From assembly GCA_947626685.1 (NCBI GenBank), contig CANQTD010000001.1, positions 34,393-98,392 of the forward strand: a stretch of 64,000 nt of DNA, written 5' to 3'. The notes beneath the pieces are model-generated. The model was not told the DNA's origin. It saw only the letters and a list, made by a program, of their open reading frames with translations, and ran no database searches. This document shows, in pieces, positions 1 through 8,005 of this stretch. Numbering within the stretch: the stretch's first letter is position 1; every line of letters begins with the position of its first letter. The DNA comes from an uncultured Clostridia bacterium (lineage in GTDB: Bacteria > Bacillota > Clostridia > Christensenellales > Borkfalkiaceae). Made by a program: the position numbers and the translations under genes.

Positions 1-182
1 AAGAAGATGCGCAGATCGTAGCAATAATTGAGGCGGGTGAGCGTGCTCGTGCGGTTCTCGACGCCGCGGAAAAAATCCTCGCAAAAATAGGGGAGCTCCT
101 CGAGGAGCTGCCGTATCTTATCGAGATTGTTCAGATTGCGTTCCTGATAGTAATCGGAATACTTTTTCGTCGTGTTGCCCAT
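1..182 (-). CDS. tyrosine-type site-specific recombinase/integrase, N-terminal ~60 aa only (gene runs off the left edge)
   Basis: Hand translation of the minus strand from ATG 182-180 gives MGNTTKKYSDYYQERNLNNLDKIRQLLEELPYFCEDFFRGVENRTSTLTRLNYCYDLRIFF. The LPxF...F...S/TxxTxxxYxxDLxxFF pattern resembles the SAM-like core-binding domain of Xer/phage integrases. The catalytic domain is outside the window. Confidence 0.5.
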   Translation of the reverse strand, partial: MGNTTKKYSDYYQERNLNNLDKIRQLLEELPYFCEDFFRGVENRTSTLTRLNYCYDLRIF

Positions 183-187
183 ATCCG

Positions 188-472
188 TCAAAAGAATCTG
201 TTCGTGTTATTCGTGCGCGCGGGCGCATCGTCGGCCGTCTTGGGTTTGGGCTGCTCGGCAAGAGAGGGGAGCGAGATATCGAGCAATTCGTCCGCCGAGA
301 TCCTGTAATAGTTGCAGAGCACGGCGATCTCGGAGGCGCGGGGCTCCGTCTTGCCGAGTTCCCACCGCGCGAGCGAGGATTGGCTGATGCCCGTCGCCTC
401 GGAAAGTTCCATCTGGGAGATACATCCGTTTTCGATCCGCAGATCTTTTAACCGTTTTGCCAGTGCTTTCAT
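188..472 (-). CDS. XRE-family helix-turn-helix transcriptional regulator (94 aa)
   Basis: Internal ATG of ORF 188..637, preceded by GGAGGCTAAG. The HTH segment is ISQMELSEATGISQSSLARWELGKTEP. The ORF part upstream of this ATG has no RBS and reads through the promoter region. The stop lies 6 nt before the recombinase start. Confidence 0.8.
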   Translation of the reverse strand: MKALAKRLKDLRIENGCISQMELSEATGISQSSLARWELGKTEPRASEIAVLCNYYRISADELLDISLPSLAEQPKPKTADDAPARTNNTNRFF

Positions 473-488
473 CTTAGCCTCCAAATAT

Positions 489-497
489 ATTATAACA
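489..497 (-). promoter_or_regulatory. extended -10 element (TGTTATAAT on minus strand) for the XRE gene
   Basis: The minus strand reads CCTGTTATAATATATTTGGAGGCTAAGATG. No good -35 is present, which fits a TGn-extended -10 promoter. Confidence 0.4.
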
Positions 498-510
498 GGG
501 CGCAAGGCAA

Positions 511-542
511 AAATGACTTGACAAGTCAAAAATGATTTGTAA
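511..542 (-). promoter_or_regulatory. operator-like palindromic motif, copy A (AAATGACTTGACAAGTCAAAAATGATTTGTAA on plus strand)
   Basis: 38 nt upstream of the XRE start codon. It matches copy B at 2784..2815 at 28 of 32 positions, differing only in the central AAAA/TTTT. It contains TGAYTTG half-sites in inverted and direct arrangement. Confidence 0.5.
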
Positions 543-572
543 GAAAAAGTGTGGGGAGAGGAAAGATAGGGT

Positions 573-607
573 AAAAAAGCCCCGTCCATGACGAAACAGC
601 CGAGGGC
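573..607 (-). terminator. weak terminator-like hairpin (minus strand GCCC..GGGC stem followed by TTTTTT)
   Basis: The minus strand reads GCCCTCGGCTGTTTCGTCATGGACGGGGCTTTTTTAC. The GC stem is short and the loop large, so the call is tentative. Confidence 0.3.
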
Positions 608-880
608 AGGGAAAAATCGGTGCGGTGGGATACACATTGAACTATTCGCAAAATGCCGCTTTTACGAATAGTTAGGGGCAAAAAAGGGGGCTTTTAGCGT
701 TTTTTTCTTGATATTTTGACTTTTTTCTCTTATACGCTGTTTTTTCGGCGCACGATCCTACGCGGAAAAATTTCGGTTTTTCTCAACGGTACGGTCAAAA
801 CCGTGCGTTTTTTCATGCGTCCGAACGGTTTTTCCTGTGGCGCAACGCCGACGGTTTTCGTGTTTTTTCGGGAATCAAAT

Positions 881-917
881 ACTATGTCTGAAATAGATAT
901 TATGTCTGACATACTAT
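881..917. repeat. two adjacent copies of an AT-rich palindrome (CTATGTCTGAAATAG and TATGTCTGACATA) abutting the GH13 stop codon
   Basis: The plus strand reads ACTATGTCTGAAATAGATATTATGTCTGACATACTAT. Related copies lie at 19498..19516 and 27450..27466. Confidence 0.6.
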
Positions 918-2746
918 TTTATCCTGATGAGAATGCCGTATGACATTGCGGGGATCTCCGCGTGCTTTTTGAAGGTCTGCTCCGAGATCAGCTCGCGATA
1001 CGTCCCGTGCGGGAGCGACGCAGTATATTTGACGGAGGAACGGTTGCACCACACGCAGACGGACGCTTTCCCCTTTCTTCTCTCAAAGACGAGACAGGAG
1101 GCGTCGGCGTACAGTTCGCGGTATTCGCCGTCCCGCAACGCCTCGCGTGCGCAGACGGTGCGGATCTCGCCGAGCTTGCGGTAGAACGAACAGAGTTCTT
1201 CGTCGATGTCGTCCCACGGGAAGCACGCACGGCAGAACGGATCCATATATCCTTCCAGACCCGCTTCGTCGCCGTAGAAAACGCAGGGAACACCGGGGAG
1301 AGTGTATTGCAAAACGGCCGCCATCTTGAGCTTTTGCTTCGCGCTTTCCCGCGCTTCTTTGCTCATGGACGTGCGCGACATTTCCTCTTTGTCCGCGCAT
1401 TCCTTGCCGCCGAGCACGGTGAGGATGCGGGGCGTATCATGCGTGGAAAGGCTGTTCATGAGGCAGTCGAGCGTCTCTTTGGGATAGTTGTCGAGGAGCA
1501 TCGCGACCGTTTCGCGCAGTTCGTTCGTGTATCCCGTGCGGACAAAGTGGATCATGGCGTTTTTGAGGGGATAGTTCATGACGCTGTCCAGCTCCGACCC
1601 CTGCAAATATTGCCTGCGCACGCCGTATGCGATCTTGTTGGATGCGTCCTCCCAGACTTCGCCGATGAGGAGAGCGTCGGGATCTTCGGTCTTGACAGCC
1701 TGCCGCACGTCCCGCAAAAAGAAATCGGGGAGTTCGTCGGCAACGTCCAGCCGGTATCCGCGCGCGCCGCGGCGCAGCCACGTCCTGAGCACGCCGTTTT
1801 CGCCGCAGACGAACGCACGGTAAGAGGGCGACTGCTCGTTGACGGCGGGCAGGGTCTCGATCCCCCACCAGCTCTCGTAGGAATCGGGAAAGCAGTGGAA
1901 GCGGTACCAGTCGCGGTAAGGAGAATCGGGCGATTGGTATGCGCCGACGCTGTCGTAGCGGCCGAATTTGTTGAAATAGCGGCTGTCGTCGCCCGTATGA
2001 TTGAAAACGCCGTCCAAAATAATGCGGATCCCCTTGCGCTCCGCTTCCTCGCACAGGAGACGGAAATCCTCCTCGGTGCCGAGAAGGCCGTCGATCTTCA
2101 TATAGTCGCCCGTGTCGTAGCGGTGGTTGGAGTAGGCCTCGAAAATGGGGTTCAGATAGAGGACGGAGACGTGCAGTGCGGCGAGGTAATCGAGTTTGGA
2201 GCGGATGCCGTTCAGATCCCCGCCGAAAAAGTCGTTGTTGAGCACCTTTCCGAATTCGTTCGGACGGAAAGAGGGCTGACCGCCCCAATCGGGACGGAAG
2301 ATCTTGTGCGGCGGAACGGGATTGTCGCCCGCCTTGCAAAAGCGGTCGGGAAAGATCTGGTACATGACCCCGCCCTTGAACCATTCGGGCGTGCGGTATG
2401 TTTCGTCGGAAACCGTGATCTGCCAGCTTACGGGGTGCTCGGTGACGACCGCCTTCCTCCCCGCCCCGCAGCCGAGAAAGAGCCGCTCTCCGAGAGAGAA
2501 ATAGTAGAAATACAGTCCCGTCTCGTGAAAGCGGAGGGTGACGGTAAACCCTTTCTCCCCCCTATCCATCGGGAAGGAAAAAGCCGTTCCGTCGTCCTGA
2601 TAGAGATGCAAGATACAAGCGTCGGCGGAGAGCCAAGACTCTCCGCCCTTGCAGACGTCGATATGAAAGGTCAGTTCGCTCCCGCGGGCAATGCCCCCCG
2701 TGACCGATTTACACGCTTTATCCAGCGGGTCGTAGTAAAAATTCAT
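914..2746 (-). CDS. glycoside hydrolase family 13 alpha-amylase-type enzyme (neopullulanase/cyclomaltodextrinase-like)
   Basis: All four GH13 conserved regions are present: DGVFNHTG, GYRLDVADE, EVWE and LSTHDTPR. No Shine-Dalgarno sequence precedes the ATG. Confidence 0.9.
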   Translation of the reverse strand: MNFYYDPLDKACKSVTGGIARGSELTFHIDVCKGGESWLSADACILHLYQDDGTAFSFPMDRGEKGFTVTLRFHETGLYFYYFSLGERLFLGCGAGRKAVVTEHPVSWQITVSDETYRTPEWFKGGVMYQIFPDRFCKAGDNPVPPHKIFRPDWGGQPSFRPNEFGKVLNNDFFGGDLNGIRSKLDYLAALHVSVLYLNPIFEAYSNHRYDTGDYMKIDGLLGTEEDFRLLCEEAERKGIRIILDGVFNHTGDDSRYFNKFGRYDSVGAYQSPDSPYRDWYRFHCFPDSYESWWGIETLPAVNEQSPSYRAFVCGENGVLRTWLRRGARGYRLDVADELPDFFLRDVRQAVKTEDPDALLIGEVWEDASNKIAYGVRRQYLQGSELDSVMNYPLKNAMIHFVRTGYTNELRETVAMLLDNYPKETLDCLMNSLSTHDTPRILTVLGGKECADKEEMSRTSMSKEARESAKQKLKMAAVLQYTLPGVPCVFYGDEAGLEGYMDPFCRACFPWDDIDEELCSFYRKLGEIRTVCAREALRDGEYRELYADASCLVFERRKGKASVCVWCNRSSVKYTASLPHGTYRELISEQTFKKHAEIPAMSYGILIRIK

Positions 2747-2783
2747 GCAGCTTTTATCGGAAAGAGAATTTCAAGCAAATCAG

Positions 2784-2815
2784 AAATGACTTGACAAGTC
2801 ATTTTTGATTTGTAA
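2784..2815 (-). promoter_or_regulatory. operator-like palindromic motif, copy B (AAATGACTTGACAAGTCATTTTTGATTTGTAA)
   Basis: 37 nt upstream of the GH13 start codon, in the 70-nt gap after glgP. It contains the perfect palindrome AAATGACTTGaCAAGTCATTT. Confidence 0.5.
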
Positions 2816-2816
2816 C

Positions 2817-5243
2817 TTACGAGTTGATGGGCTTCAGATGCCAGATGTTTTTCGCATAGTCGCGGATACTTCTGTCGGCGGAGAAGAACCCGGCCGCCGC
2901 AATGTTGAGGAGGGATTTCCTGTTCCACTCCGTCTTGTCGTTACGGTAGAGCGCGGACATTTTGTTCTGCGTGCGGACATAGTCCTCGTAATCGGCGAGA
3001 CACATGTAGGGATCGGCGACGCGGCCGTTTCTGAGCAGGTAATTTGCGATCTCCGCGAACGAATAGCCGTTGAAGCCGACGATGAGCGATTCGATGACCC
3101 GCCTGAGCCCGGGATCTTGATTGTAATATTCGCTGGAATTGTAGCCGCGCTCCCAGATCTCCTTCACCTCGTCCGCTTTGAGCCCGAAGATGAAGATGTT
3201 CTCGCTGCCGACCCTCTCCGCCATTTCGACGTTCGCGCCGTCCAACGTTCCGATCGTGAGCGCGCCGTTGATCATGAACTTCATGTTGCCCGTGCCGCTC
3301 GCCTCTTTGCCTGCAAGGGAGATCTGCTCGGAGATCTCGGAGGCGGGCATAAGTTTTTCGGACATGGTGACGTTGTAGTTCTCCATGTACACGACGTTGA
3401 GTTTTTCGCGGATGCGGGGATTTTTCCCGATCTCCTCGGAGAGGAAACAGATGAGCTTCATGATCTGCTTCGCCATGTCGTAACCCGCGGCCGCCTTCGC
3501 GCCGAAGATATACGTCTTGGGGAGCACGTCGAGGCCGGGATCTTCGCGAAGCGCGTTGTATTCGCCGATGATATGCAGCACGTTGAGGAGCTGCCGCTTA
3601 TACTCGTGCATGCGCTTTGCCTGCACGTCGAAAACGGTATCGGGGTCGATCGAGATCCCCTGCGTTCTCTTGGCATAATTCGCGAACTGCTCTTTCTTGA
3701 CGCGCTTGATCTCGCCGAGACGTTTGAGAACGCTCTTGTCGTTTGCAAATTTTTTGAGCCCCGAGAGTTTGGAAGCGTCCTTCGCATAGCCGTCGCCGAT
3801 GCACCCGCTGATGAGTTCGCACAGTTCGGGATTGGATTGGTTGAGCCAGCGCCTGTGCGCGATGCCGTTCGTGACGTTCGTGAACTTTTCGGGCGTGTAG
3901 TCGTAGAAATCGCGGAAAATGCTCTCCTTGATGATCTTGCTGTGCAATTCGGAGACGCCGTTGACGGAGGACGAACCGAGCACGCAGAGATTCGCCATGC
4001 GCACCATGTTGTGCGACAAGACGGCCATGCGGGAGATCTTCGCCCAATCCCCCGGGAAACGCTTCCAGAGGTCCTCGCAGAAGCGGCGGTTGATCTCTTT
4101 GAGGATCCCGTAAATGCGGGGCAATCTGCGCGCGATGAGGTCCTCGCTCCACGTTTCGAGCGCCTCGGAGAGCACGGTGTGGTTGGTGTAGGCGCAGGTG
4201 GACGTCGTGATATTCCACGCCGTCTCCCAATTAAAGAAGTTTTCGTCGAGCAGGATGCGCATCAGCTCGGGGATCGCGAGAGCGGGATGGGTGTCGTTGA
4301 TATGGATCGCCGCCATCTGCGGAAGAAGGGAAAGCGAACCGTAACGCCGCTTGTGGTCGGAGACGATACATTGCAGGGAAGCGGACACGAGAAAATACTG
4401 CTGTTTCAGGCGGAGCGACTTCCCCTCGCTGTGATTGTCGGAAGGATAGAGAACTTTGGAGATGAGTTGTGCGTCGGAATCGTCGCGCATGACGCTCTCG
4501 TAATGCCCCTGCGAGAACGCCTGCATGTCGAAGGATTGCACGGCGCGGGACTCCCAGAGACGGAGCACGCTGACCGCCTGCGAATCGGCGCCCGAGACCA
4601 TCATGTCGTGGGCGACCGCCTCCACTTCCTTCGCGTTGTGGTAGACGGTCTCCATGCCGTGGTCCGTCCACCTCTCTTCGAGCTCGCCGTCAAAGCGCAC
4701 GATGAACGATTTGTCGGTACGGAGCGTGAGCCATGAGGAGCCGCCCGGCAGCCAGACGTCGGGAAGCTCGATCTGCCATCCGTCGACGATCTTCTGCTTG
4801 AAGAGGCCGTATTGGTAACAGATGGAGAACCCCATCGCGGGATAGTTCTGCGTGGCGAGCCCGTCGAGGAAGCAGGCGGCGAGCCGTCCCAACCCGCCGT
4901 TTCCGAGCCCTGCGTCGGGTTCCTCTTCATAGAGGTCCTCGAGAGTCGTCTTGTACCGTTTCAGCGCGCCCTCGAGCGGCTCCGCGATCCCGAGGTTGTA
5001 GACGCTGTTTTTGAGCGACCGCCCCATCAGAAATTCGATGCAGAGATAGTAGACGCGCTTTGCACGCGCCGCCTTCGTCTTGAGGTGGAATTGCTGGCGT
5101 TTTTCGAGCATGATGTCGCGCACGCTCAAAACGACGGCTTTGTAGATCTGCTCCCGCGTCGCCTCCGCGGGCGATACGCCGAAGTAACGGGAGAGTTTCC
5201 CCTCGATCAGGCGTTCTGCTTCTTGTTGCGTTAAGGTCTCCAT
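2817..5243 (-). CDS. glgP: glycogen/maltodextrin phosphorylase
   Basis: 808 aa. It has EPDAGLGNGGLGRLAACFLD and the PLP-lysine motif EASGTGNMKFMINGALTIGTLDGANVE. Confidence 0.96.
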   Translation of the reverse strand: METLTQQEAERLIEGKLSRYFGVSPAEATREQIYKAVVLSVRDIMLEKRQQFHLKTKAARAKRVYYLCIEFLMGRSLKNSVYNLGIAEPLEGALKRYKTTLEDLYEEEPDAGLGNGGLGRLAACFLDGLATQNYPAMGFSICYQYGLFKQKIVDGWQIELPDVWLPGGSSWLTLRTDKSFIVRFDGELEERWTDHGMETVYHNAKEVEAVAHDMMVSGADSQAVSVLRLWESRAVQSFDMQAFSQGHYESVMRDDSDAQLISKVLYPSDNHSEGKSLRLKQQYFLVSASLQCIVSDHKRRYGSLSLLPQMAAIHINDTHPALAIPELMRILLDENFFNWETAWNITTSTCAYTNHTVLSEALETWSEDLIARRLPRIYGILKEINRRFCEDLWKRFPGDWAKISRMAVLSHNMVRMANLCVLGSSSVNGVSELHSKIIKESIFRDFYDYTPEKFTNVTNGIAHRRWLNQSNPELCELISGCIGDGYAKDASKLSGLKKFANDKSVLKRLGEIKRVKKEQFANYAKRTQGISIDPDTVFDVQAKRMHEYKRQLLNVLHIIGEYNALREDPGLDVLPKTYIFGAKAAAGYDMAKQIMKLICFLSEEIGKNPRIREKLNVVYMENYNVTMSEKLMPASEISEQISLAGKEASGTGNMKFMINGALTIGTLDGANVEMAERVGSENIFIFGLKADEVKEIWERGYNSSEYYNQDPGLRRVIESLIVGFNGYSFAEIANYLLRNGRVADPYMCLADYEDYVRTQNKMSALYRNDKTEWNRKSLLNIAAAGFFSADRSIRDYAKNIWHLKPINS

Positions 5244-5326
5244 GATTTATGTCCCTATCCTTTATCCGTTATACACGGCCGTCGAAACGGCCGTGCTTGG
5301 ATCGTAATATTTGATTGCCGAAGGGC

Positions 5327-6853
5327 TTATTTGAGGACTCTCAAATAGAGGTCGGTGTAGTACTGCGCCGAATGCGCCCAGCTGAAATCGGTCTCCATCG
5401 CCTTTTTCATGAGATTCGCCCATTCGCTCTTCACATGATACACGTTGAGGGCCTCGTTGATGACGTAGAGCATATCGTATGCGTCGTAATTGCTGAACGT
5501 GAAGCCGTTGCCCCCCGCGCCGTACGGCGTGATGCTGTCGCGCAGCCCTCCCGTCTCCCGTACGACGGCGATCGTTCCGTACCTGCTCGCGATCATCTGG
5601 GAGAGGCCGCACGGCTCGCTCTTGGACGGCATGAGGAAGATATCGGCTCCCGAATAGATCTTGCGGGAAAGATCGGCGTTGAAGGAGATCACGGAGACGA
5701 CCTTCCCCTGATACCTCCTCGCGAGATCGGAAAAGTAATGTTCGTACGTCGCGTCGCCCGTGCCGAGGACGATGAACTGCACGTCCTGACGGAGCATCTG
5801 TTCGACGACCTCCATGACGAGATCGAGCCCCTTGTGGGTGACGAGGCGGGAGATCATCGCGACGATGGGCGTGCCCGCCTTGACGGGAAGCCCGAGCATC
5901 TTTTGCAGCTCCTCTTTGCACACCGCTTTGTTCTCGGGATGCTCCGCGCTGTAATTGGCAAAGAGCGCGGCGTCCGTGGCGGGGTCGTAATATTCGGGAT
6001 CGATCCCGTTGAGAATGCCGCAGAGTTTGAATTCGTTGCGGCGGACGATCGGGTCGAGCCCGTGCGCATAATACGGATCCTTGATCTCGCCCGCATACGT
6101 CGGGGAGACGGTGGAAAACGCCTCGCAGCACTCGATCGCGCCCTTCATGAGGTTGATGCAGTGGTCGTATTCCACGAGATTCCTGTAACGGTAGGAGATC
6201 CCGAAGAGATCTTCGAGAATGTCGAGAGAGTATTTCCCCTGATATTCTATGTTATGGATCGTGAACACCGCGCGGATGAATTGGTACTCGGGGCGGAAAC
6301 AGTAGATGGTTTTGAGATAGAGCGCCGCCAAAGCCGCCTGCCAATCGTGGCAGTGCAGAATGTCGGGATAGAACCCGATGAAGCCGAGGATCTCCATGAC
6401 GCTGCGGCAGAAGAAGGCGAACCGTTCGCCGTCGTCATAGTAGCCGTAGCAGCCGGGGCGTTTGAAATAGTATTCGTTGTCTACAAAGTAGAACGTGACG
6501 TTGTCCTTGACGTATTCGAAGATCCCGCAATACTGGTTCCTCCAGCTCAGAGGGACGAAGAGATTGCCGATGAAGCGGAAATCTTTGCGGTACTCCTTGC
6601 GGATATCCTGATAGAGCGGAACGATCACGCGCACGTCGTAGCGGTCGTCCTTTGCGATCGCTTTGGAAAGCGAGCCGATGACCTCGGCGAGGCCGCCCGT
6701 CGCGATGAAGGGCGCGGCTTCGGAAGCGACGAAGAGGATCTTCTTTTTCGCTTCCACGGCGATCTCCGCGGGCTTTTCGGCTTCCGCAGGTTCTGCCGTC
6801 TTGACTTTCTCGACGGCGGGTACTTTTTCTTCCCGTCTGTTTGTTTTGACCAT
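5327..6853 (-). CDS. glgA: glycogen synthase (ADP-glucose type) with a ~35-aa Lys/Glu/Ala-rich N-terminal extension
   Basis: The GT5 N-terminal motif is ILFVASEAAPFIATGGLAEV. The RBS GGGGGA precedes ATG 6853. An alternative GTG at 6757 (RBS GGAG) would remove the extension. Confidence 0.92.
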   Translation of the reverse strand: MVKTNRREEKVPAVEKVKTAEPAEAEKPAEIAVEAKKKILFVASEAAPFIATGGLAEVIGSLSKAIAKDDRYDVRVIVPLYQDIRKEYRKDFRFIGNLFVPLSWRNQYCGIFEYVKDNVTFYFVDNEYYFKRPGCYGYYDDGERFAFFCRSVMEILGFIGFYPDILHCHDWQAALAALYLKTIYCFRPEYQFIRAVFTIHNIEYQGKYSLDILEDLFGISYRYRNLVEYDHCINLMKGAIECCEAFSTVSPTYAGEIKDPYYAHGLDPIVRRNEFKLCGILNGIDPEYYDPATDAALFANYSAEHPENKAVCKEELQKMLGLPVKAGTPIVAMISRLVTHKGLDLVMEVVEQMLRQDVQFIVLGTGDATYEHYFSDLARRYQGKVVSVISFNADLSRKIYSGADIFLMPSKSEPCGLSQMIASRYGTIAVVRETGGLRDSITPYGAGGNGFTFSNYDAYDMLYVINEALNVYHVKSEWANLMKKAMETDFSWAHSAQYYTDLYLRVLK

Positions 6854-6879
6854 AAAATCCCCCTCGACGCGATTAAGAT

Positions 6880-8001
6880 TTATAATTTTCTTCCCTTCGC
6901 AATGAAGTACGGAAGTTCTGCACAGCCCGCAAGATTTCTTCTGTCGCCGATGACGACGTCTTTATCGGTGATCACGCAGTCGAGCCTGACGTTCTCCCCG
7001 ATCACGGAATCCTGCATGATGATCGAATTTTTGATATGGCTCCCCTTTCCGATCTTGACGCCGCGGAAGAGGATGCAGTTCTCCACCGTCCCCTCGACCA
7101 CGCAGCCGTCTGAGATCAAGGAATCCCGCACGGCCGCGCCATCCGTATATTTCGTGGGCGCGCTGTCGCGGACTTTCGTATAGATGTCGCGGTTGCCGAA
7201 GAGCTCGTCGCGCACGGGCTTTTGGAGGAGCTCCATGCTGTGGCGGTAATAGTCCTGAATGGAATTTACGCCCGCGTAATAGCCCTTAAAACCGTAGCCG
7301 TAGATCTTGAGCGTGTCGACGTTCTTCGTCAGAATATCCCTGCCGAAGCTCGAGAATCCGCGCTGGACCGCCTGTTGGATGGTGCGGATGAGAAATTCGC
7401 GCCGCATGACCATGACGTTCACATACAGGTTGTATTTCGTGCCGCTCTTCAGATTGGTGGGATTGATATTCAGGCTCTTGATCCTCCCCGAAGCGGAGGG
7501 TTCGAGCGTGATGAAGTAGGAGGACTCGCTCGGCTCCGTCTCCTCGTGGTACACCATCGTGATCTCCGCACCCTTTTCCTCATGGTAGCGGACGATATCG
7601 CCGATATCGAGATGCGCGATGCCGTCGCAATCGGAGATCACGACGAAATCTTCGTTCCTGTGGTTGAGGAAGCCCGTGATGCTCATGAGCGCTTCGAGGC
7701 GGGTCGTATAAGGTCTGTCCGTCTCGTCGGAATAAGGCGGGAGCAGGATGATGCCGCCGTCCTTTCTCGCGAGGTCCCATTCCTTCCCGCTCCCGAGATG
7801 GTCGATGAGCGACTGGTAGTTGTTCTTCGTGACGATGCCGACCGTCGTGATCCCCGAATTGACCATGTTGGACAACGCGAAGTCGATGAGGCGGTATCTG
7901 CCGCCGAACGGAACGGACGCCATCGTGCGGTGACGGGAAAGCTCGGGAATGTTTTCGTCGTGAATGTTGGAAAAAATTACGCCGACCGTGGAGTGTGCCA
8001 T
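6880..8001 (-). CDS. glgD: glucose-1-phosphate adenylyltransferase regulatory subunit GlgD
   Basis: Internal ATG of ORF 6880..8295 (MAHSTVGVIFSNIH...FGGRYRLIDFALSN) with RBS GGGGGAA. It starts 4 nt after the glgC stop. It is a GlgC paralog lacking the GGxGxRL motif, as expected for GlgD. Confidence 0.9.
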   Translation of the reverse strand: MAHSTVGVIFSNIHDENIPELSRHRTMASVPFGGRYRLIDFALSNMVNSGITTVGIVTKNNYQSLIDHLGSGKEWDLARKDGGIILLPPYSDETDRPYTTRLEALMSITGFLNHRNEDFVVISDCDGIAHLDIGDIVRYHEEKGAEITMVYHEETEPSESSYFITLEPSASGRIKSLNINPTNLKSGTKYNLYVNVMVMRREFLIRTIQQAVQRGFSSFGRDILTKNVDTLKIYGYGFKGYYAGVNSIQDYYRHSMELLQKPVRDELFGNRDIYTKVRDSAPTKYTDGAAVRDSLISDGCVVEGTVENCILFRGVKIGKGSHIKNSIIMQDSVIGENVRLDCVITDKDVVIGDRRNLAGCAELPYFIAKGRKL

Positions 8002-8005
8002 CTTG

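Noticed and set aside
188-637. 149-aa version of the XRE ORF given in the ORF track.
   Set aside because: The first 55 codons run through the promoter/operator region and have no RBS. An ATG with GGAGG at 472 gives a normal 94-aa HTH protein.
716-943. Small ORFs 716..943(+) and 730..912(-, starting MSDIISISD...) in the amylase-XRE spacer.
   Set aside because: They have no RBS, overlap each other, and have a basic low-complexity composition. The MSDII start is produced by the ATGTCAGACATAAT palindrome itself, and the same reading appears by chance at the other palindrome copies.
962-2794. 610-aa plus-strand ORF exactly mirroring the GH13 gene. Similar long antisense ORFs include 2805..4736, 5315..7183, 7964..9250, 13107..15257, 15696..17144, 23855..25417, 27520..28905, 30323..32683, 36037..37884, 46329..48041, 52341..53834, 55452..56948 and 60252..61754.
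   Set aside because: Each lies antisense to a gene with unmistakable family motifs. Their translations are Arg/Ala/Gly/Asp-rich low-complexity strings with no recognisable domains and no RBS. Long stop-free antisense frames are expected in high-GC coding DNA.
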